Origin: an uncultured Lentisphaeria bacterium
GTDB lineage: Bacteria; Verrucomicrobiota; Lentisphaeria; JABSQK01; JAJFLO01
DNA length: 32,000 nucleotides
Direction of reading: 5' to 3'
Assembly (NCBI GenBank): GCA_951812855.1
Contig: OX638337.1
Coordinates: forward strand, 390,001 to 422,000
Under the pieces are notes generated by a model. That model was given only the letters and a program-made list of their open reading frames with translations. It was not told where the DNA came from and did no database searches. The position numbers and the translations under genes were made by a program. This document shows, piece after piece, positions 18,771-27,343 of the stretch. The stretch's first letter is position 1. Every line of letters begins with the position of its first letter.

Positions 18771-19586
18771 CTAACGTCCAAATCGACGTTTCCGCAAATG
18801 GTATGATCGTAATGATCTCAGGAAATCAACTTTCCTGAATTGCGGCCAATGGGTATTACAAAAATAATATTCTGAATAGACACTCTGCCATAATAAAAAT
18901 CCAGATAAACGTACTTCTCCACCTGTTCTGATGATTAAATCTGGATCGGGGTGACCTGAAGTGTATAAATATGGATCAAGTTTTTCGGGTTCAAGGGACT
19001 GGATGATTTCATCCAGTTCAAGGCCGAGTTTTTTTTGTTCACTTAAAAAAGACTTACATGCATTAGTGATCTCTTCTCTTCCACCATATGCAACAGCGAC
19101 ATTTAAAAATTGTTTACCATATTTTTTAGTCGCGGATTCCATCTCGCCTATTGCCTCACGTAAACCTTGAGGAAGTAAATCGAGTTTTCCAATATAACGA
19201 ACGCGGACTTGTTTTTTATGAACATCATCATTATCATGAGTGTATTCTTTAGCCTTTCGTTCAATAAGAGCCAATATCGCATCGACTTCTTCCTTCCCTC
19301 TGGAAAAATTATCCAGTGAAAATATCCAAATACTAATAACTCTTATATTAAATTCGGTACACCAGTCCAGCACTTCGAATAGTTTGTCTGAACCTTGTTC
19401 ATGTCCAATAATAATATTTGACAATCCCAGACTTTTAGCATATCGACGGTTGCCATCGAGGATGATCCCGACATGTTCAGGTTTCGTCCAATTCTCAGAT
19501 TCTCTTGCTAATCTTTTTTCATAGAGTCTATACAAAGGGGCTTTGATGTATTTACCAAGTACAGACGTTACAAATTTAGTATCCAT
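18771..19586 (-). CDS. uppS: Isoprenyl (undecaprenyl) diphosphate synthase, cis-prenyltransferase family
   Basis: 271 aa: PEHVGIILDGNRRYA, ISIWIFSLDNF.R, DLIIRTGGEVRLSGFLLWQSVYSEYYF. It has an N-terminal extension and a GNRRYA variant. Confidence 0.9.
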   Translation of the reverse strand: MDTKFVTSVLGKYIKAPLYRLYEKRLARESENWTKPEHVGIILDGNRRYAKSLGLSNIIIGHEQGSDKLFEVLDWCTEFNIRVISIWIFSLDNFSRGKEEVDAILALIERKAKEYTHDNDDVHKKQVRVRYIGKLDLLPQGLREAIGEMESATKKYGKQFLNVAVAYGGREEITNACKSFLSEQKKLGLELDEIIQSLEPEKLDPYLYTSGHPDPDLIIRTGGEVRLSGFLLWQSVYSEYYFCNTHWPQFRKVDFLRSLRSYHLRKRRFGR

Positions 19587-19825
19587 TTTAACGATCGATA
19601 TTCATTTTTGCAGCATGCTTATATGGTGGAGTCCAGTTTTAAGTGTCTTCAAAATGTTTGTAACACCGAAGATTACGGGAATTGAGTCTCTTGTAATATT
19701 CCCAAAATAAACTTATACAAGTGAATTGAGTAAGAATTTATTTTATCATTCAGTTGTTGATTATACTAAAAAAATAGTTAACAATGCTTTTGATCTTTTA
19801 GTTTTAAAACACAGTTAGTATATCT

Positions 19826-20044
19826 ATGCAAAAAATTATAACTATTTTAATTACTGCTGGAACCATATCGTATTTTTTTTGTATTAATAATACTCAAGCT
19901 GTCGAACTGCCAAATGTCGAGATAGTTGACGTCGCCAAACCGGGAATAAAAACTGCAGTTGAGACACCAGGAAATTACCTGAAATTGCATCCGATATTTC
20001 ATAGTTGCCGAAGGGATTGGCAAAATTATCAAAGTCAATATTGA
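19826..20044 (+). CDS. Possible small secreted protein (72 aa)
   Basis: Signal-peptide-like start MQKIITILITAGTISYFFCINNTQA/VELP. No homology recognised. Competing antisense ORFs of similar size exist. Weak call. Confidence 0.25.
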   Translation: MQKIITILITAGTISYFFCINNTQAVELPNVEIVDVAKPGIKTAVETPGNYLKLHPIFHSCRRDWQNYQSQY

Positions 20045-20060
20045 TTGGATAACCGAAGAA

Positions 20061-20807
20061 ATGCAATTAAATCTGTTTGATGATAATCCATCTGTAAGTA
20101 ATCCTCCGGAAAATGAAATTCATAATCAAAAGCAAAATCCACCCAATATAGAATTATCCTGGCTTAATGAACTTGAAGAGGAATTTCGCAAACCCTATAT
20201 GAAAAACCTCAAACAGTTTTTAGTCGATGAGAAACAAAAATTTACAGTCTTTCCAAAAGGAAAAGATATCTTCAATGCATTTTGGTTGACACCATTTAAT
20301 CAGGTTCGAGTTATAATTATCGGACAAGATCCCTATCATGGAATTAACCAGGCTCATGGTCTGTGTTTTTCTGTAAACAAAGAAATTCCAATACCACCAT
20401 CATTAGTCAATATTTTTAAGGAATTAAACTCAGATTTAAATATTCCGATGCCGAAACACGGCTGTTTAACGTCATGGGCGAAACAAGGTGTTTTTTTACT
20501 CAATACATCATTAACGGTAAGAGCGAATCAGGCAAATTCACATACAGGGAAAGGTTGGGAGATTTTTACTGACAGAGTTATTTCAATTCTAAACGAAAAA
20601 AAAGAAAATCTTATATTCCTCTTATGGGGGCGTAATGCAAAAAATAAAATGCAATTGATTGATGAAAATAGACATTTAGTTTTAGGTGCTGCACATCCTT
20701 CACCATTTTCAGCACACAATGGTTTTTTAGGATGTAAACATTTTTCCAAAACAAACAATCATTTAGTAAACATAAACCAGCCACCGATAGATTGGCAAAT
20801 AGTATAG
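20061..20807 (+). CDS. ung: Uracil-DNA glycosylase, family 1
   Basis: 248 aa: VRVIIIGQDPYHGINQAHGLCFSV, PPSLVNIF.EL, GVFLLNTSLTV, AAHPSPFSA. About 33 aa of N-terminal extension. Confidence 0.93.
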   Translation: MQLNLFDDNPSVSNPPENEIHNQKQNPPNIELSWLNELEEEFRKPYMKNLKQFLVDEKQKFTVFPKGKDIFNAFWLTPFNQVRVIIIGQDPYHGINQAHGLCFSVNKEIPIPPSLVNIFKELNSDLNIPMPKHGCLTSWAKQGVFLLNTSLTVRANQANSHTGKGWEIFTDRVISILNEKKENLIFLLWGRNAKNKMQLIDENRHLVLGAAHPSPFSAHNGFLGCKHFSKTNNHLVNINQPPIDWQIV

Positions 20808-20840
20808 ACGATACTCATTAACCTTCAACAGGATCCAAAT

Positions 20841-21563
20841 ATGACTCGTGCAGATAATAGAACGCCCAATCAATTAAGAAAATGTACATTTCACAAAAAC
20901 TTTTTAAAAAATGCTTCAGGATCTGTATTGGTTGAACAGGGAAATACGCGTGTTATCTGTGCAGTGTCAGTTGTTCCCGAGGTCCCCGCATGGATGAAAA
21001 ATCAAAATGTTCCAGGAGGGTGGCTCACCAGTGAATATCAAATGCTGCCTGCTTCCACACACACTCGAACATCCCGCGACATAAACCGCGGACGTTTAAA
21101 TGGCCGATCTCAAGAAATTCAACGACTAATCGGGCGAAGTCTTCGAGCTGTTGTAGATCTTGAAAAAATAGGTCAAAATACTGTTTATATTGATTGTGAT
21201 GTTATCGACGCAGATGGTGGTACTCGATGTGCGAGTATAAATGGTGCAGCAGTTGCCCTGCAGATAACATTTCAAAACATGCTGAAAAATAATCTGCTCG
21301 AAGCAGATCCATTTATTGAGGGCATTGCAGCGATAAGCGTAGGAATAGTTGATGGAACTCCAATGCTTGATTTATGTTATAGTGAAGACTCCAGTGCAGA
21401 TGTCGACATGAATGTTGTTATGACTGAAAGCGGCCGATATACAGAGATTCAGGGAACCGGTGAATCCCGGGCATTTTCAAAAGATGAATTGGCAGGCATG
21501 ACAACAATTGCTGAAGAGGGCATTCTATCAATCTTATCACTTCAGAAACAATGCACCGGCTAA
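20841..21563 (+). CDS. rph: Ribonuclease PH
   Basis: 240 aa: RADNRTPNQLR, GSVLVEQGNTRVICAVS, GRLNGRSQEIQRLIGRSLRAVVDL, DCDVIDADGGTRCASINGA. Confidence 0.95.
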   Translation: MTRADNRTPNQLRKCTFHKNFLKNASGSVLVEQGNTRVICAVSVVPEVPAWMKNQNVPGGWLTSEYQMLPASTHTRTSRDINRGRLNGRSQEIQRLIGRSLRAVVDLEKIGQNTVYIDCDVIDADGGTRCASINGAAVALQITFQNMLKNNLLEADPFIEGIAAISVGIVDGTPMLDLCYSEDSSADVDMNVVMTESGRYTEIQGTGESRAFSKDELAGMTTIAEEGILSILSLQKQCTG

Positions 21564-22492
21564 TTCATAAACAACGTGCTGATTCAGCACTTTCTCAATT
21601 TAATGAAAAGTGGAATAACAAATACAAAATATTTACCAATTACCTTCGCCCGCCCTGGTGGGCACCGGGTCTGATCCTCACAGACGAAATTCGATATAAT
21701 TATCAAAATTATTTACCCGTTGAAGAGTACTTGAGTGATTTAAAAACAGTTTTTTTAAAATCCTTTAGTAACCCCATCCTGATACCGCGTTCAATCTCAA
21801 ACCACACGTATAAATCTATTCCTGATTTTTGGTGCACTCTGCCAAATGAATTTAAGGGAAATATTATATGGAAATCAAACCAATTATTAAATCTGGCTTG
21901 TGCGATTGCCAGTCCCGCTAAATTTGGATCAAAGCCCAATCGATACCCCGAACAGCATCATTATATTTTAGAATGGTTAATGCAAACAGAAAACCCTTTT
22001 ATGACAGGCGTTGAATATGGCTGCAGTACTGGATATGGAACGTATGAACTTGCATTGCTGTTAAAACAATCAGAGAAAAAAGGAATGGTTTTGGGAGTAA
22101 CCGTAGAACCATTGGAAATTTGGATGGCTTTAAATAAATATTTGCCATACCGGGATCACTGTCAAAACCACAGTTACCCCTCTAATGATCTCTACGATGA
22201 AAATTCAACTTTTTTTGTTGTAGGTGACTTCCGAAACTTTAATTTAAAAAGAAAGACAGATTTCCTTGTTATCAATGGTTTAGTCGGAGGCCCGGCTTTT
22301 AATTCACCGAAAGAAATGACCAATCTTTGGCTAAAATTGCAATCAGAATTAAAATCGAAAGGATTACTTGTTGTTGGAAATTATTTTCACGATGGTTATC
22401 GATCTTTCCATGATACGTTTTGTGAAATTGGGCAATGCTATTCAAACCTTGAATGCAAAATTTCCAATAGCCTTTTCTTCAAAATGAAATGA
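21551..22492 (+). CDS. Putative SAM-dependent methyltransferase with CheR-like motif I
   Basis: 313 aa. GVEYGCSTGYGTYELALLL resembles the CheR pattern W.AGCSTGEE.YS.A. Later TDFLVINGLVGG resembles FD.I.CRNV. The ATG overlaps the rph stop by 13 nt and the stop overlaps the next gene (ATGA). Divergent; the start is uncertain. Confidence 0.5.
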   Translation: MHRLIHKQRADSALSQFNEKWNNKYKIFTNYLRPPWWAPGLILTDEIRYNYQNYLPVEEYLSDLKTVFLKSFSNPILIPRSISNHTYKSIPDFWCTLPNEFKGNIIWKSNQLLNLACAIASPAKFGSKPNRYPEQHHYILEWLMQTENPFMTGVEYGCSTGYGTYELALLLKQSEKKGMVLGVTVEPLEIWMALNKYLPYRDHCQNHSYPSNDLYDENSTFFVVGDFRNFNLKRKTDFLVINGLVGGPAFNSPKEMTNLWLKLQSELKSKGLLVVGNYFHDGYRSFHDTFCEIGQCYSNLECKISNSLFFKMK

Positions 22493-23082
22493 ATAATGAC
22501 CACATTTTTCGTACTATTCTTATTGCCGGTTTAATATTAGTCGTTCCGGTCGGCATATACCATCGATTAAAAGCCCATAAATCAGGCGAAAGACTTGATC
22601 GACGTCAAGAGGGGCGGTTGATTCTGTTTACCTTGCGACCGGTTGCTCTTTTTCGAATGATTTCATTAGTGATGTACGTTATTGATTTCAAATTGATGCA
22701 GTGGTCTTCAATGCCCATGCCTGTTACTCTGCGTTGGTCAGGAGTCGTTCTCGGTATTTTTTCCGGGATTCTACTTATATCTACATTTAGATATCTGGGA
22801 AGTAATTTAACTGATACGGTTGTAACCAGGACAAATCATATGCTCCTTACCACGGGACCGTATCGTTTTGTTCGTCACCCTTTCTATTTGGCGTTCACGG
22901 GAGTAGTTATAGCAGATTCAATTGTCATGGCAAACTGGTTTATGGGGTTAACGGGTGGTGTATGTGTCGTTTTGCTGGTATTGCGTACACGAATTGAAGA
23001 AATGAAGTTGATCGAGCGATTTGGTGATGATTATCGTGAATATATGATGTCTACCGGTCGATTCTTCCCGAGATTACGATAA
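22489..23082 (+). CDS. Isoprenylcysteine carboxyl methyltransferase (ICMT/PEMT) family membrane methyltransferase
   Basis: 197 aa with 4-5 TM segments. LLTTGPYRFVRHPFYLAF...EE..L...FGDDYREY is the family's C-terminal signature. Confidence 0.8.
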   Translation: MNNDHIFRTILIAGLILVVPVGIYHRLKAHKSGERLDRRQEGRLILFTLRPVALFRMISLVMYVIDFKLMQWSSMPMPVTLRWSGVVLGIFSGILLISTFRYLGSNLTDTVVTRTNHMLLTTGPYRFVRHPFYLAFTGVVIADSIVMANWFMGLTGGVCVVLLVLRTRIEEMKLIERFGDDYREYMMSTGRFFPRLR

Positions 23083-23202
23083 GAGACGTGTTTATGCAGG
23101 GTGGGATTTTTGTTTAATAAATTTTGACATTATATTACTGAAGTAACTACGCCGCATAAGAAGTGGTGCCCTGAATGTGCAGCGTATCGCCACACAGGTC
23201 AA

Positions 23203-23691
23203 AACCAAACCGGTTTTAGGGATGGCATCTATGGTGCCGGAAGTTGGAAACCGAAACGACGCTTGATTATCAAGGCAGAATATCGTCATAAAGGAGTCCG
23301 CCCGCGTTTTCTGATTACCCGTTTCAGCGGTGAACCTGAAAGTCTGTATCGTATTGCCTACTGTGCCCGGGGCACTATAGAGAATCGTATCAGAGAACAA
23401 CAGCCTGACTTGTTTGAAACACACACCCGTTGTCATCATTGGCGGGCAAATCAATTTCGATTCATACCGGCCGCATGTGCCAATATATTGCTCCGGAAAA
23501 TGTGCACTGTTGCGTTGGCTGGAACTGAATCGGCACGGGCCGCCTGTGATTCAATTTGATTAAGACTGTTAAAAACTGGAGGTGTGGTTACCTGGAATAT
23601 CCGGCGACTATACTTTCATTTATCATCACATTATCCATATCAGAAATTATTCCGGACAGTTGGACAGCGTCCGGCTTTCAATACCGGTTAA
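23203..23691 (+). mobile_element. IS1380-family transposase, 3' remnant (5'-truncated, one in-frame TGA)
   Basis: ..GIYGAGSWKPKRRLIIKAEYRHKGVRPRFLITRFSGEPESLYRIAYCARGTIENRIREQQPDLFETHTRCHHWRANQFRFIPAACANILL...CDSI*LRLLKTGGVVTWNIRRLYFHLSSHYPYQKLF. This follows the IS1380 C-terminal pattern (Y..RG..EN.IKE.K...., AN.., I.LKLLKI.A.V....R.....S.YPY...F). The TGA at 23557-23559 sits where family members usually have R. The first ~270 aa are missing. Confidence 0.7.
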
Positions 23692-23704
23692 TTGTAAATC
23701 AATA

Positions 23705-23870
23705 TATATATAGCATTTGAAAAATTCGATTTAACCCAGGTAGATTTGCCTATAGCTCCAGTACCAAATAGAAAAAGCTCTTACCAGAAGAATATTGTAT
23801 TATTCTGGGATACATAACTCCAAATTATATCGAAAAATAGAGTTTTTAACTCCAAACACAGAAATATCTA
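23705..23870 (-). pseudogene. Possible N-terminal fragment of a P-loop ATPase
   Basis: The reverse strand reads ..ELFLFGTGAIGKSTWVKSNFSNAIYI.. (Walker-A-like G.G..GKST, revcomp of 23739-23765), preceded after a stop by ..NSIFRYNLELCIPE.. in another frame. It ends where the IS1380 remnant ends. Very fragmentary. Confidence 0.3.
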
Positions 23871-23949
23871 CGGCGAAAATCATATTCCCGACCAATTTTT
23901 ATCCGGCATCACAGAATCTAATTATTTCGAACATCTTTTACATTCCTCT

Positions 23950-24150
23950 TTAACACAACAATGAACAACTGACTTTAGGGGCATATTGATGAACATCCCT
24001 ATCCCATACATAGTCAGTTTCTGTTCTGCTAATCATGTCAATGTACCCAACTTCCTTATAATGCCGCTGCTGATACTGGTTAAACCAGGAAAAAATATCA
24101 GATGGAGAATCTCTTCGCCGAATCCATGAAGCTGGTATATTGACATAAAT
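23950..24150 (-). pseudogene. Orphan coding remnant (about 70 open codons, no start); candidate displaced 3' part of the GT-C gene at 30242-30910
   Basis: The reverse frame is open from the repeat at 24151 to the stop at 23950-23952: ..YVNIPASWIRRRDSPSDIFSWFNQYQQRHYKEVGYIDMISRTETDYVWDRDVHQYAPKVSCSLLC*. About 70 stop-free codons is unlikely by chance in DNA this AT-rich. Identity unknown. Confidence 0.3.
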
Positions 24151-24181
24151 TAAGGGAATTATATACTTATACTTAAATAAG
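24151..24181. repeat. Copy A of island repeat (left inverted repeat): TAAGGGAATTATATACTTATACTTAAATAAG
   Basis: Inverted partner at 30241-30266. The shared exact 16-mer GGGAATTATATACTTA is at 24154-24169. It is flanked outside by AAAT (24147-24150). With the upstream TTGACA (24140-24145) it forms TTGACA-N16-TATACT (24162-24167), a near-consensus sigma70-like promoter reading rightward. Confidence 0.8.
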
Positions 24182-24227
24182 TAAAATCACTCATTTTATC
24201 TTTAACCTCAACGGTTTAAATATCCTC

Positions 24228-24255
24228 TTTACAACCCAAAACTGACTGGTATAAT
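24228..24255 (+). promoter_or_regulatory. Sigma70-like promoter TTTACA-N16-TATAAT upstream of the IS1595 transposase relic
   Basis: TTTACA at 24228-24233 and TATAAT at 24250-24255, about 40 nt upstream of ATG 24297. Sequence match only. Confidence 0.4.
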
Positions 24256-24296
24256 AATAAGCATATTGCATTCAATTACTTATCCAATCATAAATT

Positions 24297-25217
24297 ATGA
24301 ATATCAGAAAAACAGCAGATACAATCAGTATTACAAATTTATTTAAACTATTTTCAACAGAGCATTAAGGTTATTAAATGGCTAGAAAAAATCAGATGGA
24401 ACAACAAACCTATATGCGGGTTCTGTGGCACTCAAACGGGTATAAAGAGCTTACCATCACATAAACACAGTTAGTTGGTGTAAAGAATGTAGAAAGATAT
24501 TTACAGTAAGAACAAACACATTTATGCACGCTAGTAAAATACCAGTGACTAAATGGGTTATAGCCCTATATCTTATTATTACAGCCCGCAAAGGTATATC
24601 TAGTTTACAGTTAAGCAAAGAACTAGGCATAACCCAGAAATCAGCCTGGTTTATGTGCCAACGTATAAGAGAAGAAATGCAAAACGAAGATATGCTAGCT
24701 GGTATCGTGGAAATTGACGAAGCATATTTTGGTGGCAAAGAATCCAACAACATCAACACCAAAAAACTCAAAGCTGGCAGAGGCACAATAGGCAAATATG
24801 CCGTTATAGGTATGCGAGAACGTGGCGGTAATACCAAGGCGATAACTGTCAATAATACCGATATAAATACACTGCAAAATTGTATAACTGATAATGTAAT
24901 AGCAAGAAGTACCATTTATACGGATGATCATAGAAGTTACATAGGATTAGAAAGCCATAATGAATATAAACACGGTGTTGTAAAACACAATGTCTCAGAA
25001 TATGTAAACGGTATGGTGCATACCAACAGTATAGAATCAATGTGGGCGGTATTAAAACGAAGTTATCATGGAATACATCATCACATTTCAGGAAAGCATT
25101 TACATCGTTATGTAAACAAATTTAGCTACAGACTTTAAGGTAAAGCTAATTGCCAATGCGATACTGTGCAAAAACATGGACAACACCCGATTATCGTATC
25201 AGGATTTGACGCGATAA
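24297..25217 (+). mobile_element. IS1595-family (ISXO2-like DDE) transposase gene, pseudogenised by at least 3 frame disruptions
   Basis: Four pieces in three different frames. (1) MNIRKTADTISITNLFKLFSTEH* (24297-24368). (2) ..QSIKVIKWLEKIRWNNKPICGFCGTQTGIKSLPSHKHS*. (3) ..SWCKECRKIFTVRTNTFMHASKIPVTKWVIALYLI...DEAYFGG...IYTDDHRSY...HNVSEYVNGMVHTNSIESMWAVLKR...HLHRYVNKFSYRL* (track ORF 24524-25138). (4) KVKLIANAILCKNMDNTRLSYQDLTR* (to 25217). Together they rebuild the N-terminal zinc ribbon plus ISXO2-like DDE domain architecture. Confidence 0.85.
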
Positions 25218-25240
25218 ATAAGGGAATTAGTTCTTAAAAT
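25206..25240. repeat. Copy B of island repeat (degenerate internal end) between the transposase stop and the mod start
   Basis: TTGACGCGATAAATAAGGGAATTA (25206-25229) matches TTGACATAAATTAAGGGAATTA (24140-24161) in direct orientation, with 21 matched nt and two indels. AATTAGTTCTTAAAAT (25225-25240) resembles AATTCCCCTTAAAAT (30256-30270). Confidence 0.5.
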
Positions 25241-25242
25241 AA

Positions 25243-27342
25243 ATGACTTTTAAAAATATGAATATGAAATTATCCGAATACGAAATACAAGATTTAATCG
25301 AAAGATTGCAGAAGGGAGAGAACATTCCTCAAGACTATAAATACAAACTTTTTCCAACGAAACAAAAGGAATACGAGTTGGTGTATGGCGGTAAAATGAG
25401 AAAGGAAGATATTTTAGCCAATGAAGACGGGGTTTTCCCCGTTCCTTTACAGGTAGAAAAAACATTCAATGGACAGCGTGAATCTTGGAAAGATGGCTGG
25501 AAAAATATAATTGCTTTCGGAGATAACCTTCAATTTCTAAAAACAATCTATGAGAATAAAGACCCTTTAATAAAAGATAAAGTAAAGGGTAAGGTTAAAC
25601 TTATCTATATTGATCCACCTTTTGCAACTGCCGATGAATTTCAAAACAAGCAAGGTGCGAAAGCCTACAATGATAAAAAGAAAGGGGCTGAATTTGTAGA
25701 GTTTTTAAGAAAAAGATTAGTTGTTGCAAGGGAAATATTAGCTGATGATGGAAGTATTTATATTCATCTTGATCAGAAAATGGGACACTATATAAAAGTT
25801 TTAATGGATGAAATTTTTGGAAAAAACAACTTTATCTCAGAAATAATATGGAAACGAACTGGTGCAAGAGCGCAATCTAATTTTATCAATCCAGTACATG
25901 ACTTAATATATTTTTATTCTAAGGATATAAATAGGGTTAAATGGATTTCTTATAGAATACCATATTCTCAAGAATACATAGATAAATATTATCGCCACAC
26001 AGATAAAGACGGTAGAAAATTTCAAGATACTTCTTTGATTGCGCCAGGTAAGGGCTATCAGTTTGAATGGAAAGAGGTAACGAAGGGCTGGAGGCATAAT
26101 AAAGAGAAATTTGAAAAACTAGAGAATGAAGATCGTATTTATTATACAAAAGCAGGGGTTGCAAGATATAAGCGTTATCTAGATGAAATGGAGGGAATTC
26201 CGCCTCAAGATATTTGGTCTGATATATCAAATGTTAATTCACAAAGTGGCGAAAGATTGGATTATCCGACTCAAAAGCCAGAAGAATTGATTGAGAGAAT
26301 TATTAAAGCAAGTTCAAATGAAGGTGACATTGTTTTAGATTTTTTTGGAGGTTCCGGCACAACTGTAACAGCAGCAGAAAAACTAAATCGGAAATGGATT
26401 TCTTGTGATATTGGTAAGCTGTCATTCTATACAATTCAGAAGCGAATATTAAATATTGAGACAAGCAAATCTCTTGAGAATCCAAAAAAGAAACACGGCA
26501 AAAACGCAAAGAGTTTTCTAACAATAAACACGGGTCAATATGATCTTGAGAAGGTGTTTGATCTTAAACATAAAGATTATTCAGATTTTGTACTAAGACT
26601 TTTTGAAATTGAGCCAATCAAAAAAACAATTAGCGGGATAAAAATAGATGGGGAACGCAAAGATGGATATTACGCATTAATTTGGCGTTACTGGGAACAC
26701 AAAGACACATCTGTAGATGAAGTGTACTTAGATAGCCTTCATTCGAACATAGGTAAGAAAGTGGGCGATAGAATTTACATTGTTGCTCCCGCAAATTATG
26801 TAAATTTTATCAGTGACTATTATGAGATTGACAATGTCCGATACTACTTCCTAAAGGTGCCTTATCATATTATCAAAGAACTACATAAAATTCAGTTCAA
26901 GAAATTTAGACAACCACAAAGTAAAAAAAATGTCAATGATTTGGAAGATGCAGTTGGATTTCATTTTATGAAACAACCTGATCTTATAACTGAATTATCA
27001 ACCTCTAAAACAAAAGTAAAAATAAGTATTAAAAAATTCCATTCTGATTTCAGTGAAGATGAAAAAGGTAAAGAATTAGAAAACTTTGAAAGTTTGGCAA
27101 TGGTATTAATTGATAAAAGTTTTAATGGTCAAGCCTTTGATATGGATGAATATTACTTTGCAGAAGATCTACTGCCAAAGAAAAAGGGTACAAAAGATGA
27201 TGGAAATGTTGGCGAAGAATTGAAAGAAACTAAAGAGATTAATTTACCAGCAATTCCAAGAAAAGAGTGCGGGAAAGCCTTAATGATAATCTATGTTGAT
27301 GTTTTCGGAAATGAATTTAAAGAGAAGTTTGAAATTAAATAA
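25243..27342 (+). CDS. mod: Type III R-M methyltransferase subunit (Mod), beta-class N6-adenine/N4-cytosine MTase
   Basis: 699 aa. Motif IV is IYIDPPFAT (DPPF = aa 124-127, nt 25612-25623). Motif X/I is YPTQKPEELIERII...GDIVLDFFGGSGTTVTAAEKLNRKWISCDI (aa ~341-390). The order IV...X-I is the beta permutation used by Type III Mod. About 310 aa follow motif I. Mod lies upstream of a helicase-nuclease Res. Confidence 0.88.
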   Translation: MTFKNMNMKLSEYEIQDLIERLQKGENIPQDYKYKLFPTKQKEYELVYGGKMRKEDILANEDGVFPVPLQVEKTFNGQRESWKDGWKNIIAFGDNLQFLKTIYENKDPLIKDKVKGKVKLIYIDPPFATADEFQNKQGAKAYNDKKKGAEFVEFLRKRLVVAREILADDGSIYIHLDQKMGHYIKVLMDEIFGKNNFISEIIWKRTGARAQSNFINPVHDLIYFYSKDINRVKWISYRIPYSQEYIDKYYRHTDKDGRKFQDTSLIAPGKGYQFEWKEVTKGWRHNKEKFEKLENEDRIYYTKAGVARYKRYLDEMEGIPPQDIWSDISNVNSQSGERLDYPTQKPEELIERIIKASSNEGDIVLDFFGGSGTTVTAAEKLNRKWISCDIGKLSFYTIQKRILNIETSKSLENPKKKHGKNAKSFLTINTGQYDLEKVFDLKHKDYSDFVLRLFEIEPIKKTISGIKIDGERKDGYYALIWRYWEHKDTSVDEVYLDSLHSNIGKKVGDRIYIVAPANYVNFISDYYEIDNVRYYFLKVPYHIIKELHKIQFKKFRQPQSKKNVNDLEDAVGFHFMKQPDLITELSTSKTKVKISIKKFHSDFSEDEKGKELENFESLAMVLIDKSFNGQAFDMDEYYFAEDLLPKKKGTKDDGNVGEELKETKEINLPAIPRKECGKALMIIYVDVFGNEFKEKFEIK

Positions 27343-27343
27343 T

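Noticed and set aside
2214-22000. Remaining antisense or embedded track ORFs (2214-2471, 2981-3163, 3561-3881, 4075-4293, 6872-7168, 8432-8701, 9438-9800, 10969-11178, 12373-12753, 12593-12781, 15226-15414, 16835-17050, 17617-17928, 18961-19170, 19240-19524, 19847-20066, 20528-20758, 21709-21939; likewise 25250-26524 and 30675-30920)
   Set aside because: Each overlaps a longer ORF with clear family motifs on the other strand or in another frame.
23092-23454. Reverse-strand ORF 23092-23454 (120 aa)
   Set aside because: It is antisense to the IS1380-family remnant, whose translation carries clear family motifs.
24457-25040. Reverse-strand ORFs 24457-24915, 24695-24931 and 24849-25040
   Set aside because: They are shadows of the IS1595-family transposase reading frame.
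25243-27342. Phase-variable simple-sequence repeat in mod (phasevarion)
   Set aside because: Only A7-A8 homopolymers are present, which is ordinary for this composition. There are no tetra- or pentanucleotide repeat tracts.
27293-27343. Upstream start (27293) for res given by the ORF track
   Set aside because: It would overlap mod by 50 nt. ATG 27344, one nt after the mod stop, gives a typical coupled junction and a sensible N-terminus (MEEIKRYK).
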